Shown: piece after piece, positions 9,296 to 18,867 of the stretch
Layout of the letters: each line of letters begins with the position of its first letter
Position numbering within the stretch: the stretch's first letter is position 1
DNA from: an uncultured Myxococcales bacterium
GTDB lineage: Bacteria > Myxococcota_A > UBA9042 > CAIXZC01
DNA: 64,000 bases
Reading direction: 5' to 3'
Assembly (NCBI GenBank): GCA_964522395.1
Contig: CAZFVN010000007.1
Location: 25 to 64,024, forward strand
The notes under the pieces: model-generated
What the model saw: only the letters and a program-made list of their open reading frames with translations
Database searches by the model: none
Told to the model about the DNA's origin: nothing
Program-made: the position numbers and the translations under genes

Positions 9296-10675
9296 ATGAA
9301 GAGAATCATCGTGACCATTCTACTCACCCTCTCCTGGCTCCTGGCAACTCCACTTCTGGCCGCGGAAATTGACCCTGCCATGGCTGAGGCCGGGGCTGAG
9401 GAAGAGAGCAGGAGTTGGACTGGGTTTCTCGACAGCGAGTTTGAGAAGATCGCCGGCATGGATCTTTACGGTGTTACCTCTCAGTTGCCCAAAGGCTACC
9501 TCAGCTTCAAGTGGGACTGGGGAACCATCCGAGCGAAGAACCGGTACAACAACAAGCGTAAGCTGGGCCCGGTGATGGAGCCAATCGCTTTCACCGACGA
9601 GGGCAATGAACTGATCAATATTGACCTTGGCCTGAATGGTCATGGCGGTGGACATACTTTCCAGTTGTCTTATGGCCTTACCGACCCTCTGGATTGGTAC
9701 ATTGAGATTCCCTTCACCTATATGAATGTTTCCTTTGATCCGAAACTGTCGAACATCAAGACTGCCGACGGGGAGGAGTACAAAGATGGCGATGGCGAGG
9801 GCGGCTACAAGGTCCATCCCAGTCTGGCACCGTTGCTGGGCATCAAGGATGGCAGGGATTTTACGGCCTGTCAGTTCTTGTACGAAACGATGCCTATGCT
9901 CGGCCGGCCGACGCCCGCGGCCGACTACCAGGGCAAATGGCTGCTGGGTGACATCAACACCGGCTTCTCATGGAACATCTATCGCACCGAGCTTTTCTCT
10001 GTCGCGCTCACGCCTCGAGTCTTCTTGCCCACCGGCCACAAACCACATCCCAATAACAATCTGTTGTGGGGAACCGGTCCTGAGATTGAAACCGGCATTG
10101 GCGGTTGGGCAGCCGGGTTCACGCAAGGGTATGACATGCGACTCTTTCGGCACACCTTCCATGTTGGCAAATTGCCGATTCCCCTCGACATCATTGCCAG
10201 CACAGAGTTTGGTGCTTCTTACGGATTCCCCCAGCAGCGGGAGTATCCCGACAACTTCCCCGTGCCCAACCCTCTGGCCGCGGAACTGGACCCCACCGCA
10301 TTTCCTGACCTATCGGAACTCGACGGGACCTTCACATACACGCCCGGTTGGTCGGTGGATTGGATCTCCCAGGTGCAGGTGCAGTTCGCCATCTTCGGGT
10401 TTGGCGTGGCCTACGGGATACAGCACAGTCAGGAACCTGAGCTCATCGGTGACGACACCTTCCTGATGATGGCCAAGGGCCTTGAATTGCTGGGGCAGCA
10501 GACCCTGGAAGCCGTGCAGTTCGCAGGTTCCATCTCGCTGCTTCCCTTCTATATCCCCCTCGATATTGCCTTCCAATATCGCAAGGTCGTCGATGGCTAC
10601 AATGCCATCGTCTTCGATAACTACTACCAACTCACCGTCAAGGGCTACATCCCCCTTAAGCTGTTGTGGGAGTGA
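9296..10675 (+). CDS. Exported protein, probable outer-membrane beta-barrel
   Basis: Signal peptide (LLATPLLAA); alternating aromatic/hydrophobic strands; GGAGG RBS; 2 bp after the preceding stop. Confidence 0.55.
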   Translation: MKRIIVTILLTLSWLLATPLLAAEIDPAMAEAGAEEESRSWTGFLDSEFEKIAGMDLYGVTSQLPKGYLSFKWDWGTIRAKNRYNNKRKLGPVMEPIAFTDEGNELINIDLGLNGHGGGHTFQLSYGLTDPLDWYIEIPFTYMNVSFDPKLSNIKTADGEEYKDGDGEGGYKVHPSLAPLLGIKDGRDFTACQFLYETMPMLGRPTPAADYQGKWLLGDINTGFSWNIYRTELFSVALTPRVFLPTGHKPHPNNNLLWGTGPEIETGIGGWAAGFTQGYDMRLFRHTFHVGKLPIPLDIIASTEFGASYGFPQQREYPDNFPVPNPLAAELDPTAFPDLSELDGTFTYTPGWSVDWISQVQVQFAIFGFGVAYGIQHSQEPELIGDDTFLMMAKGLELLGQQTLEAVQFAGSISLLPFYIPLDIAFQYRKVVDGYNAIVFDNYYQLTVKGYIPLKLLWE

Positions 10676-10676
10676 A

Positions 10677-10826
10677 CCTGGCAGCCGTCACCAAATGCGG
10701 AGCACTGTTTTAGACGCAGGGAGCGTGGACGAGTACGCCTCGGGACCGACGTTCTAGTCGCAGTCCGAGGGGCTCTCCGGAAGCAGAGCGACAGGAGGCG
10801 ATCTGATCTATGGTTCTGTAGCCGGG
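10677..10826. ncRNA. Candidate structured RNA element between convergent genes
   Basis: Nested complementary segments across 150 nt: CCTGGC/GCCGGG, CTGT/ACAG, CCTCGG..CGAC-GTTCTA-GTCG..CCGAGG, GCTCT/AGAGC; no ORF. Confidence 0.25.
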
Positions 10827-10827
10827 C

Positions 10828-12024
10828 TCAGTATGCGTGAGCTCTGTCTTGCATCAAATTGATGTACTTCGGTAAGACGCTGACAAAGAGCTTGGTTTTT
10901 GAAATCTTCTTGAAGTTGCCCGTCGTATCGAAGATATCCGTGCCGTAGCCTGTGCCAGAACTCGAGACGTTATAGACGCCTACGTCCAGCAGCTCAGCTT
11001 CTGAGTACCCCTTCGTGCTGTTGTTCTTGTTGAGGCCATTAAGTTGATAGCTGGCCGGACTTCCCTGAGAAATCCAGAACATCGCCTCGCGACCTCCATA
11101 TCTGGTTGGCTGGCGGTGGTCATGGAGGAACTGGATGCGAAGATAATGAACGTCGAGGTTTGGCAGGTAGGTGCGTGCCTCACGGTGGTTCCACCAGACG
11201 TCGTCGGCGCAGGTGACGCCGGCCTCACGAAGGATGAATCCGTTGGTGTTGCAAATGTAGCTGGTGGGGGTGCCGTCGAAGCCCTTACCGTCCGACGAAG
11301 TCCCCGTTGGGAACTTGTGTTTGCGCAGGTGGATGTCGAAGTCACAACGGGTCGTTGTTACGCCGAAACCGTCTTCGTTGATGTACCAACCCTCGAGGTC
11401 GACGTAGTAGGGAGATTGCGATACGAAGCAGCGGTTAGGCGGCCCCTCCACATCAATCAGGTAGGTGACGAAACTCATGAAGCTCTCGCGGTGACGAGCG
11501 AGCGCGCCGGTGGCAGTGCCCAGGCCGTAGCCCATTGAGAGAATGCCAAACCGATTGCCGTCGACCAGGCTCTTCTTCTCCCAGTGGTTGACCACGTCCT
11601 TCAGTGCGTCCTGGGACTTGTGTCCGCCGAAGTCTTCGTCACCCTCGCTTCGCTCGTCATATTCGCCGCGCCCCGGGGGATTGTAAATGATGATCACCGT
11701 CTCGAGAGCATGAGCCATATTCTCGGCAATCCCCTCGAACTGTTCCACTCCCCCCAATCCATCGGGGACGAGCACCAGTGCCGCACAGCCCTTGTTGCAC
11801 TTCACGGGGATATAGGCTCGAGAGAAGATCAACCCCGAGTCACCGGGAATCATCTCTTCCTTGGTCGTTACCCAGATAACATCAGGCGGTTTGACCGCTG
11901 CCGTCTCCTCAGCAATTGCGTCGGGGGCAATGTGACCGTCCTGAGTAAGCCCAGGCCCCTCAGAAGTCGAACATGCTAGAGTGAGTAATAGAGCGGTCCA
12001 GAGAGTTTTTTTGAGCTTTTGCAT
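10828..12024 (-). CDS. Alpha/beta-hydrolase-fold lipoprotein (nucleophile position appears to be Gly)
   Basis: Lipobox LTLAC; LVLVPDGLGG, YNPPGRGE..RSEG, RFGILSMGYG elbow region, YLIDVEGP. Confidence 0.6.
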   Translation of the reverse strand: MQKLKKTLWTALLLTLACSTSEGPGLTQDGHIAPDAIAEETAAVKPPDVIWVTTKEEMIPGDSGLIFSRAYIPVKCNKGCAALVLVPDGLGGVEQFEGIAENMAHALETVIIIYNPPGRGEYDERSEGDEDFGGHKSQDALKDVVNHWEKKSLVDGNRFGILSMGYGLGTATGALARHRESFMSFVTYLIDVEGPPNRCFVSQSPYYVDLEGWYINEDGFGVTTTRCDFDIHLRKHKFPTGTSSDGKGFDGTPTSYICNTNGFILREAGVTCADDVWWNHREARTYLPNLDVHYLRIQFLHDHRQPTRYGGREAMFWISQGSPASYQLNGLNKNNSTKGYSEAELLDVGVYNVSSSGTGYGTDIFDTTGNFKKISKTKLFVSVLPKYINLMQDRAHAY

Positions 12025-12083
12025 GGCTTCAACCCGATAAAGAAGGTGAGACGGATGTTACCAGAGAGCGGGAGGAAACGCCA

Positions 12084-13214
12084 ATGACCAGACACCTTCC
12101 ATGGGCCCAACGGTTCGGACCTTTGAACGAACGACGGGCTCGACAGATTCTCCTTGTCGGCCTCCGTGACCCGGCGACCATGGGACGCCTGGTGGCGCGG
12201 TACGGCACCGCACCTGCCGCGCTTGCGGCACCGGAACTGAGTTGGAATGAGGACGATGTGGCCCGGCGAGTGGAACGGGAGTTGACAAGGTTGGACGAGC
12301 TCCGGGTGAAGCTGTTGATTCCAGGTGATCATGGATGGCCGGACCAACTTGAAGGTGCCTGTTCGCCTCCCATTCTACTTTATGTCCGCGGAGACCTCCC
12401 CGACTGGGGCACCTCTCCAGGCCTGGGCATCGTAGGCAGCCGCTACCACGCGGCCTACGGCGAACGGGTGGCAGCGCGGGCGGCCGCAGCGTGGGCCAGC
12501 ATGGGCGGAAGTATGGTCAGCGGCGGTGCCCTCGGAGTGGACACCTCGGCCCATCGAAGTGCTCTCCACTCGAATGGCCCCACGGTCGCCGTGTTGGCCA
12601 CCGGTGTTGATCGACCCCACCCGGCGCAAAATCGGGAACTTTTCGCCAAAATTGTGGAACAAGGCGCACTTGTCAGCGAGTTGCCCTTGGGCACCCGGCC
12701 CCTGCCGCGGAATTTTCCATGGCGGAATCGTATCATTGCCGGTTTAAGCTGTGCGGTAGTAGTTGCTCAAGCCGCCGCTAAAAGCGGCGCTCTGCATACG
12801 GCAAGCTTTGCGTTGAAATATGGCCGAAAGTTGTTTACAGTCCCTGCCTCTGTGGAGGAAGAGGCCTGCTCCGGTAGCCTTGACCTGCTCGTTCAGGGAG
12901 TGACGGCGTTGGTTCGCCCCGAACAGCTTGCGGAGCTTTTCTCGCAGGCGGCCAAGACATCGGTAGAGGCTGCGGCAGCAGCAGCCGTCGCAGGTTCGGC
13001 ACGGCCCATGGTGCAATTGTCAACTGTCCCTGGGACGCTCCGGCAAGTGCTTGAAGCACTCCACAGAGGAGTCCTCCATATTGACGAACTGGGGGCAGAT
13101 CTTAATATGAGTCAGGCAGCGTTGTCGCTCGCGTTGCTCGACATGGAATTGAAAGACTGGATTGTCAAGCAGGCGGGTAACCGCTATGCATGCAACGTTC
13201 GCATCGTGAGGTAG
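12084..13214 (+). CDS. dprA: DNA-processing protein DprA
   Basis: PPILLYVRGD, GIVGSR, VSGGALGVDTSAH, FPWRNRIIAGLS, SGALHTA; C-terminal winged helix; upstream of topA. Confidence 0.92.
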   Translation: MTRHLPWAQRFGPLNERRARQILLVGLRDPATMGRLVARYGTAPAALAAPELSWNEDDVARRVERELTRLDELRVKLLIPGDHGWPDQLEGACSPPILLYVRGDLPDWGTSPGLGIVGSRYHAAYGERVAARAAAAWASMGGSMVSGGALGVDTSAHRSALHSNGPTVAVLATGVDRPHPAQNRELFAKIVEQGALVSELPLGTRPLPRNFPWRNRIIAGLSCAVVVAQAAAKSGALHTASFALKYGRKLFTVPASVEEEACSGSLDLLVQGVTALVRPEQLAELFSQAAKTSVEAAAAAAVAGSARPMVQLSTVPGTLRQVLEALHRGVLHIDELGADLNMSQAALSLALLDMELKDWIVKQAGNRYACNVRIVR

Positions 13215-13220
13215 CAGCCA

Positions 13221-15455
13221 ATGCCCAAATCACTCTTCATCGTTGAATCACCGGCAAAAGCAAAGACCCTGTCCCGCTATCTGGGAAAAGACTTCGTTGT
13301 CAAAGCAACCGTCGGGCACATCAAAGACCTTCCATCCAATAGTATCGGCGTAAACATTGAGAAAGAGTTCACGCCTTACTACCGGGTTATTCGCGGCAAA
13401 TCGAAGGTGGTCCAGGGGATCAAGACTGCGTCGGCCGACGTAGAGGCAGTCTACCTGGCATCTGACCCTGACCGCGAAGGTGAAGCAATTGCCTGGCATG
13501 TGGTTGAGGAGATTTCCCGAGGACGGAAGAAGGACGACCGCCCTAAATTCTACCGGGTTATGCTTCACGAGATTACTCGCTCAGGATTGAAGAAGGCATT
13601 GGCGGAGGCCGGGGAGTTGGACCGCAGCAGATACGAATCCCAACTCGCCCGCAGAATTCTTGACCGTCTCGTCGGTTACGAACTGAGTCCGCTGCTCTGG
13701 AAGAAAGTGAGCGCCGGCCTCTCCGCCGGCCGCGTGCAATCGGTTGCGGTTGCCCTGGTCGTCGACCGGGAACGTGAGATTCAGATCTTCGACCCCCAGG
13801 AATACTGGGTTATGCGGGCCGACCTTGAAGGGTCAAATCCGCCTCCGTTCCAAGCCAAGCTCGTGCGCATCGACGGCGAAAAGGCGCAGATTGTAAGTGA
13901 GGACCAGGCCAAGCCAATCCTCGCCACCCTTAAGACCGCGCCGTGGGTCGTGAAGACCGTCCAGCGGGACGAGAAGAAGCGTTATCCGTTGCCGCCTTTT
14001 ATCACCAGTACGCTGCAACAGGAAGCGCACCGTCTCTACCGCTTCTCCGCTAAGAAGACAATGTCCCTGGCCCAGCGCCTCTACGAGGGTGTTGATCTGG
14101 GTGAGATGGGGACCCACGGTCTCATTACCTACATGAGAACGGATTCCACCAGATTGGCCGATGAGGCCATCTTTGGCGTGAGAGGATTTATTGAGAAGGC
14201 TTATGGCAAAGAGTACTTGCCAGGCGGGCCTGTCCGCTACAAGAACAAGCGGTCTGCTCAGGATGCCCACGAGGCCATCCGCCCCACCGCGCTTGAGTTC
14301 TCGCCGGACAAAGTGGTCAGTGCACTGGACCGAGATGTATTGCGCCTCTATCGCCTGATTTGGAACCGTTTCCTCGCATGCCAGATGGCGCCTGCACGCT
14401 TCGACGTAACCGTCGCCAGTGTTCTGGCCGGGGAGTCGTGGACCTTTGAGGCTACCGGCCGCATTCTGCTCTTTGATGGTTACCTCAAACTCTACCGCGA
14501 GGCGGAATCGCAGGATGCCGATGCCGGTCGCTTGCCAGAGATCAAGGAAGGAGAGACGCTCAAACTTCTGAAAGTGGATGGTGAGCAGCACTTCACCCAG
14601 CCACCACCTCGATTCTCGGAAGGTACGCTCGTCAAAGAGCTGGAGAGGAAGGGTATCGGCCGGCCGTCGACCTATGCCACGATCCTCTCTACGATCCAGG
14701 AGAAGAACTATGTCGACCGGGAGAAGGGCAAGTTCTCGCCTACTGAACTCGGATTTGTCGTGACGGACCTTCTGCGGGACAACTTTCCCGATGTCATCGA
14801 GTCTTCTTTTACCGCACAAATGGAAGAGGAACTGGACCGAATCGAAGAGGGACAAAGCAATCGAGGGGAGATTCTCGGCTCATTCTGGAGCAAGTTCAAG
14901 GTCTCGCTCGATACCGCCAAAGACAACATGAAGAGCGTCAAGAAAGATCCGGAAAAGACCGACATTGTCTGTCCCGCCTGTACCGCTCCCATGGTCATAC
15001 GGTTCGGTCGCAACGGTGCCTTCCTTGCCTGCTCCGCATTTCCTGAATGCAAAACAACCCTCGCTTTCGAAAGAGATGAGAAGGGTACTCCTGTTATCAT
15101 CGAGCAGAAAGTGAGCGATGACTCTTGCGAGGCATGTGGTGGCAAGCTGATCCTGAAAGATGGTCGCTTCGGCAAGTTCTGGGCCTGCGCCAACTATCCT
15201 ACCTGCAAGACGACTCTCCCCTTCTCCACTGGCCATGTCTGTCCGCGGGAGAAGTGCGAAGGTACACTCCTGGAGAAGCGCTCTAAGAAGAAGACGACCT
15301 ATTACCGATGCTCGGCTGCTCCTGGCTGCGACTTCGTCCTCTTTGGCAGGATCTCAGAGAGCCCCTGCCCCGCTTGCCAGAACCCCTACATGGAAGAGCG
15401 TGGTCGAGGCAAATCCCGCAACCTCCGCTGCCCCAAGTGCGGTCACGGCGAGTAG
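13221..15455 (+). CDS. topA: DNA topoisomerase I
   Basis: IVESPAKAKT, LASDPDREGEAI, SAGRVQS, LITYMRTDS (catalytic Tyr), AHEAIRPT; C-terminal Cys4 zinc ribbons. Confidence 0.97.
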   Translation: MPKSLFIVESPAKAKTLSRYLGKDFVVKATVGHIKDLPSNSIGVNIEKEFTPYYRVIRGKSKVVQGIKTASADVEAVYLASDPDREGEAIAWHVVEEISRGRKKDDRPKFYRVMLHEITRSGLKKALAEAGELDRSRYESQLARRILDRLVGYELSPLLWKKVSAGLSAGRVQSVAVALVVDREREIQIFDPQEYWVMRADLEGSNPPPFQAKLVRIDGEKAQIVSEDQAKPILATLKTAPWVVKTVQRDEKKRYPLPPFITSTLQQEAHRLYRFSAKKTMSLAQRLYEGVDLGEMGTHGLITYMRTDSTRLADEAIFGVRGFIEKAYGKEYLPGGPVRYKNKRSAQDAHEAIRPTALEFSPDKVVSALDRDVLRLYRLIWNRFLACQMAPARFDVTVASVLAGESWTFEATGRILLFDGYLKLYREAESQDADAGRLPEIKEGETLKLLKVDGEQHFTQPPPRFSEGTLVKELERKGIGRPSTYATILSTIQEKNYVDREKGKFSPTELGFVVTDLLRDNFPDVIESSFTAQMEEELDRIEEGQSNRGEILGSFWSKFKVSLDTAKDNMKSVKKDPEKTDIVCPACTAPMVIRFGRNGAFLACSAFPECKTTLAFERDEKGTPVIIEQKVSDDSCEACGGKLILKDGRFGKFWACANYPTCKTTLPFSTGHVCPREKCEGTLLEKRSKKKTTYYRCSAAPGCDFVLFGRISESPCPACQNPYMEERGRGKSRNLRCPKCGHGE

Positions 15456-15461
15456 CCTCTC

Positions 15462-16781
15462 ATGTCATCGGATGTGACTATTGTCGGCGGCGGTCTGGCC
15501 GGCACTGAAGCTGCTCTGCTCCTAGCCCGATTCGGGCTCAAAGTCACCCTTTGCGAAATGCGTCCAGAGAAACCAACTCCTGCCCACGAGAGTGGACATC
15601 TGGCCGAACTCGTCTGCTCCAATTCGCTGCGGGCAAAAGACCCCACTATCGCTGCCGGGCTGCTCAAGGAAGAACTCGGACACCTCAATTCTCCCCTTCT
15701 GGCCATGGCTGAAACTCACCAGGTTCCAGCGGGGGCAGCCCTTGCGGTTGACCGCAAGGCCTTCGCTCAAGCTCTTACCGAGAAGGTGGAGGAGAACCCG
15801 GCAATCAGCCTGGAAAGGAGGGAAGTTCAAGACCTGCCGACCAACCTGGCAATCCTCGCTCCTGGCCCCCTGGCGTCATCTTCTATCATGAAGGCTGTTG
15901 AGCGACTCGTTGGCCAGGAAAGACTCTTCTTCTTCGACGCTATCGCTCCCATCATCGATGCTGAGAGCCTGGACCGGGACCGGCTCTTCCAGGCTACCCG
16001 GCACGACAAAGGCGACCCCGATTATCTCAACGCGCCCTTGGACCGGACCGGGTACTTCAAGTTTGTCGAGGAGCTTCTGGCCGGTGAACAGGTTGTGCCG
16101 AAAGGCTTTGATGCCACCGACAAACTGCCCCTCTTTCAAGGATGCCAGCCCATCGAGACCATTGCCGATGGTGGCCCCCTCTCACTCGCTCACGGACCCA
16201 TGCGTCCCGCCGGCTTCGAGAATAACGTCCACAACCCTATGGGACGCAATCTCTTCGCCGTGGTCCAATTGCGGGCCGAAAACCAGGCCTGCACCGCCTA
16301 CAATATGGTGGGTTTTCAGACTCGCCTCAGGCGGCCGGAGCAGCGCCGCATCTTCCGTCAGATTCCCGGCCTGGAGAAGGCAGACTTCCTACGCTACGGT
16401 TCACTTCATCGAAACAGCTACATTGACGGCCCCCGATTGCTGCAACGGGACCTCTCCTTAAAAGTCGCCCCCAATCTCTTTGTGGCCGGACAGTTCGCCG
16501 GGGGCGAAGGCTACGTCGAGTCCATCGCACTTGGCCACCTTGCCGCCCGCTGCCTGGCCGATCGGGTTGCCGGACGAGAGCCCCAACTGCCCCCCGAGGA
16601 GACCGCTCTAGGCGCACTCCACTATCATGTCACCGCCGCCGTCGAGGAACCGCTTCAACCCAGCCACGTCCACTGGGGCCTCTTCCCCTCGGTCCCCGCA
16701 AGGGGCAAGAAAGCACGCCGGAAACTAATGCTGGAAAGAGCGCGGCTCTCCCTACAAGACTGGCTCTCAAACCTCTCGTAG
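15462..16781 (+). CDS. trmFO: tRNA (uracil-5-)-methyltransferase TrmFO
   Basis: GGGLAGTEAA, ELVCSNS, FFDAIAPI, YLNAPL, NMVGFQTRL, YGSLHRN, FVAGQ..GYVES; usual position after topA. Confidence 0.93.
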   Translation: MSSDVTIVGGGLAGTEAALLLARFGLKVTLCEMRPEKPTPAHESGHLAELVCSNSLRAKDPTIAAGLLKEELGHLNSPLLAMAETHQVPAGAALAVDRKAFAQALTEKVEENPAISLERREVQDLPTNLAILAPGPLASSSIMKAVERLVGQERLFFFDAIAPIIDAESLDRDRLFQATRHDKGDPDYLNAPLDRTGYFKFVEELLAGEQVVPKGFDATDKLPLFQGCQPIETIADGGPLSLAHGPMRPAGFENNVHNPMGRNLFAVVQLRAENQACTAYNMVGFQTRLRRPEQRRIFRQIPGLEKADFLRYGSLHRNSYIDGPRLLQRDLSLKVAPNLFVAGQFAGGEGYVESIALGHLAARCLADRVAGREPQLPPEETALGALHYHVTAAVEEPLQPSHVHWGLFPSVPARGKKARRKLMLERARLSLQDWLSNLS

Positions 16782-16818
16782 CCCAACCAATCGCCTCAAA
16801 CTGAAATCGTATAACCGA

Positions 16819-16902
16819 CGGAAATGAAACAGCGTTCTGGCGGTGCGTCCGCTGATTTAGCGGAAATGAAACAGCGTTCTGGCGGCGCGTCCGCTGATTC
16901 AG
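16819..16902. repeat. Two tandem 42-bp direct repeats
   Basis: CGGAAATGAAACAGCGTTCTGGCGG(T/C)GCGTCCGCTGATT(T/C)AG at 16819-16860 and 16861-16902, 2 mismatches, no spacer. Confidence 0.9.
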
Positions 16903-16989
16903 AGCGTACTTGCCGACAATTGACCAATCACAGTCAGGGAACGTGCTTGTTACGAAGTTGGATTTCGTAACTTGCGGAAATTGAAGGGT

Positions 16990-17140
16990 GTTTTGGCGGT
17001 TCGTCCGGTGTTCTTGGGTGCTGGCGGTGCGGCGTCTGGGTTTGGTTGTTTTTGTGAACTGTGTTTTGGCGGTGCGTCCGCTGGTTTTGGTTGTTTTTTC
17101 GTTCTGGCGGTGCGGCGGCTGGTTTTGGTTGTTTTGGTGC
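16990..17140. repeat. Degenerate G/T-skewed repeat tract sharing the TGGCGGTGCG core
   Basis: TGGCGGT(G/T)CG core recurs near 16994, 17022, 17067 and 17105; the last three are followed by TTTGGTTGTTTT. Confidence 0.7.
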
Positions 17141-17157
17141 TTGCTTTGGTAGGTTGC

Positions 17158-18867
17158 CTACTCGCACTCGGGTTTGTATCTGACTACCCAGAAGTCGGTC
17201 TTTGAGAAGTTGTAGTCTGCTGCGTGATCTGCGTAGCCGGCGAGGACGATGCGGTTGCTGCTGTCGACGAGGACGTCCCTTGGATAATCCTCCATGGTGC
17301 CGCCGATGTTAGCGTTCCACATGAGGAACCCGGAGGCGGAGAATCGGGCGATGAAACCATCCCGTCCACCAATTGCATTGGTCGTCGTGTCGCCAACCAG
17401 AACAAAGCCTCCGGAGGGATGTTTGGTCAGACCGTAGCCGCGGTCGTTTCCTTCACCAGCCCACTCTCCATGGCCCACGATCTCTCCGTCCGAGTTGGTG
17501 AGCCAGAGGTGAGCGTCGTCTCCAGACTCCTCTCCAGTCTGGTGTCCGCCCACGGCATAGCCGCCGTCGATGGATTGTACATCGTGGGCTTCCCCTTGCC
17601 CCAATTCCCGTTCCCAGACGAGATTGCCCGAAGGGTCGAACTTCACGAGTAGAGCCTGCCCACTGGCGTGGGAGAACCCGGCCACCACAAAGCCATCATT
17701 TGCCACGACGACAGCGTGCGCCTCCTGACGACCGGCCTCCCCGTGCTGAAAGCCGGGAAGCTGAGGCACGCCGGCTACATCGGTGAGCACAATCCACATG
17801 TCCCTCTCACTCTCCTCTGCGGTGGTTTGCCGGTAGCCAACGAGGACGAATCCGGAGCCGCCTGGGAGCGGCTTCATGTCGAAGGCCTCTTCGATATTGC
17901 TGCCACCAAAGTACTCTAGCGAGTCCTTGTTCATATTGCAGGCGGTTGGCGCACTCAGACTCAAGAGGAAACCGAAGTCCCATTTATTGGGAAAGCCACC
18001 GGCCGGGCTGGAATGGGTACCGGCCAGCGCCATGATGCCATTGTCCATGGGCCATAGCGCACGGACTCTGTTGGTGCCGCTACCGGGAAGGTATTGTGAG
18101 CAGAACTGGTTGCCGTTGGGGGAGACTCGCAGCAAGTGGAAGTTGCGAACGATGCTTGACCCGTAAGAGTCTCCCCCGACCACGTAGTTGCCATCGGAAT
18201 CGAGGGAGATCGTGTATGCATAGTCTTCGTCCCCACGTTTGTAGAACTTGTCGAAGTCCACCTGAGGCGTAGCGGTGCAGATGCAGACGGAGTTCTGGCA
18301 CGAGAGTCCGCTCCAGATGTCACAATCACCGCAATTCCCGCCGCAGCCATCGTCGCCGCATTCTTTGTCCAAACAATCGGGCTGGCAGACCTCTTCTTCG
18401 TCCATCAGGTCCACGGTCTCCTCTTCGAGATCCGGGTCTTCCTGGGGCAGGTCTGACAGTTCTGTCGTAACGTCGAGGATTTCCTCTGTGACTTCAGGTA
18501 GTTCAGGGGTGTCGGAACTGTCGAGCAGATCCGATGCGTTGCCATCGAAGAGGTCGAGGTGGGTATCCGAAAGGTCGTCTCCGGCATCAGTCGGTGCTGG
18601 AAGATCGACGAGGTCATGGACATCGGTCGGGGCCGGTACGTCCGGCAGGTCTGCAGAGGTCCCATTATCTGACTGGTCCAGAAGGACGCTATCCAGAGGG
18701 ACTTGAGCAATGTCCGAAGCGTCGGTTTGTATCAAGTCGGACCGGCCATCGGCAATCTGACCCGCGTTGTCCACCGGCGGTGTGCCGTCCGGTTTCCACC
18801 GCTCCGGCTGTTCCACACAAGCCACCACGACTAGGGTCATAAGTAGCGTCCAGGCGATTTTCTGCAT
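17158..18867 (-). CDS. Surface lipoprotein: acidic linker, Cys-rich hinge, C-terminal beta-propeller
   Basis: Start moved to ATG 18867 (GAGGAGGA RBS); lipobox VVVAC; Asp/Glu-rich linker; CQPDCLDKECGDDGCGGNCGDC; repeated blades (GGFVLVG..T, D.WIV..D..G..W). Confidence 0.75.
   Translation of the reverse strand: MQKIAWTLLMTLVVVACVEQPERWKPDGTPPVDNAGQIADGRSDLIQTDASDIAQVPLDSVLLDQSDNGTSADLPDVPAPTDVHDLVDLPAPTDAGDDLSDTHLDLFDGNASDLLDSSDTPELPEVTEEILDVTTELSDLPQEDPDLEEETVDLMDEEEVCQPDCLDKECGDDGCGGNCGDCDIWSGLSCQNSVCICTATPQVDFDKFYKRGDEDYAYTISLDSDGNYVVGGDSYGSSIVRNFHLLRVSPNGNQFCSQYLPGSGTNRVRALWPMDNGIMALAGTHSSPAGGFPNKWDFGFLLSLSAPTACNMNKDSLEYFGGSNIEEAFDMKPLPGGSGFVLVGYRQTTAEESERDMWIVLTDVAGVPQLPGFQHGEAGRQEAHAVVVANDGFVVAGFSHASGQALLVKFDPSGNLVWERELGQGEAHDVQSIDGGYAVGGHQTGEESGDDAHLWLTNSDGEIVGHGEWAGEGNDRGYGLTKHPSGGFVLVGDTTTNAIGGRDGFIARFSASGFLMWNANIGGTMEDYPRDVLVDSSNRIVLAGYADHAADYNFSKTDFWVVRYKPECE

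Noticed and set aside
10745-10765. tRNA T-arm-like GTTCTAGTC
   Set aside because: Only 2 bp of the required 5-bp stem in that register, and no acceptor or anticodon arms
13833-14855. 340-aa minus-strand ORF
   Set aside because: Antisense shadow of topA with no motifs; expected in high-GC coding DNA
16819-16902. 42-bp repeats as a CRISPR array
   Set aside because: Copies abut with no spacer, there are only two near-identical units, and no cas genes are present
16934-17205. Two 77-aa ORFs in the repeat tract
   Set aside because: Low-complexity translations of the G/T-skewed repeats; no RBS
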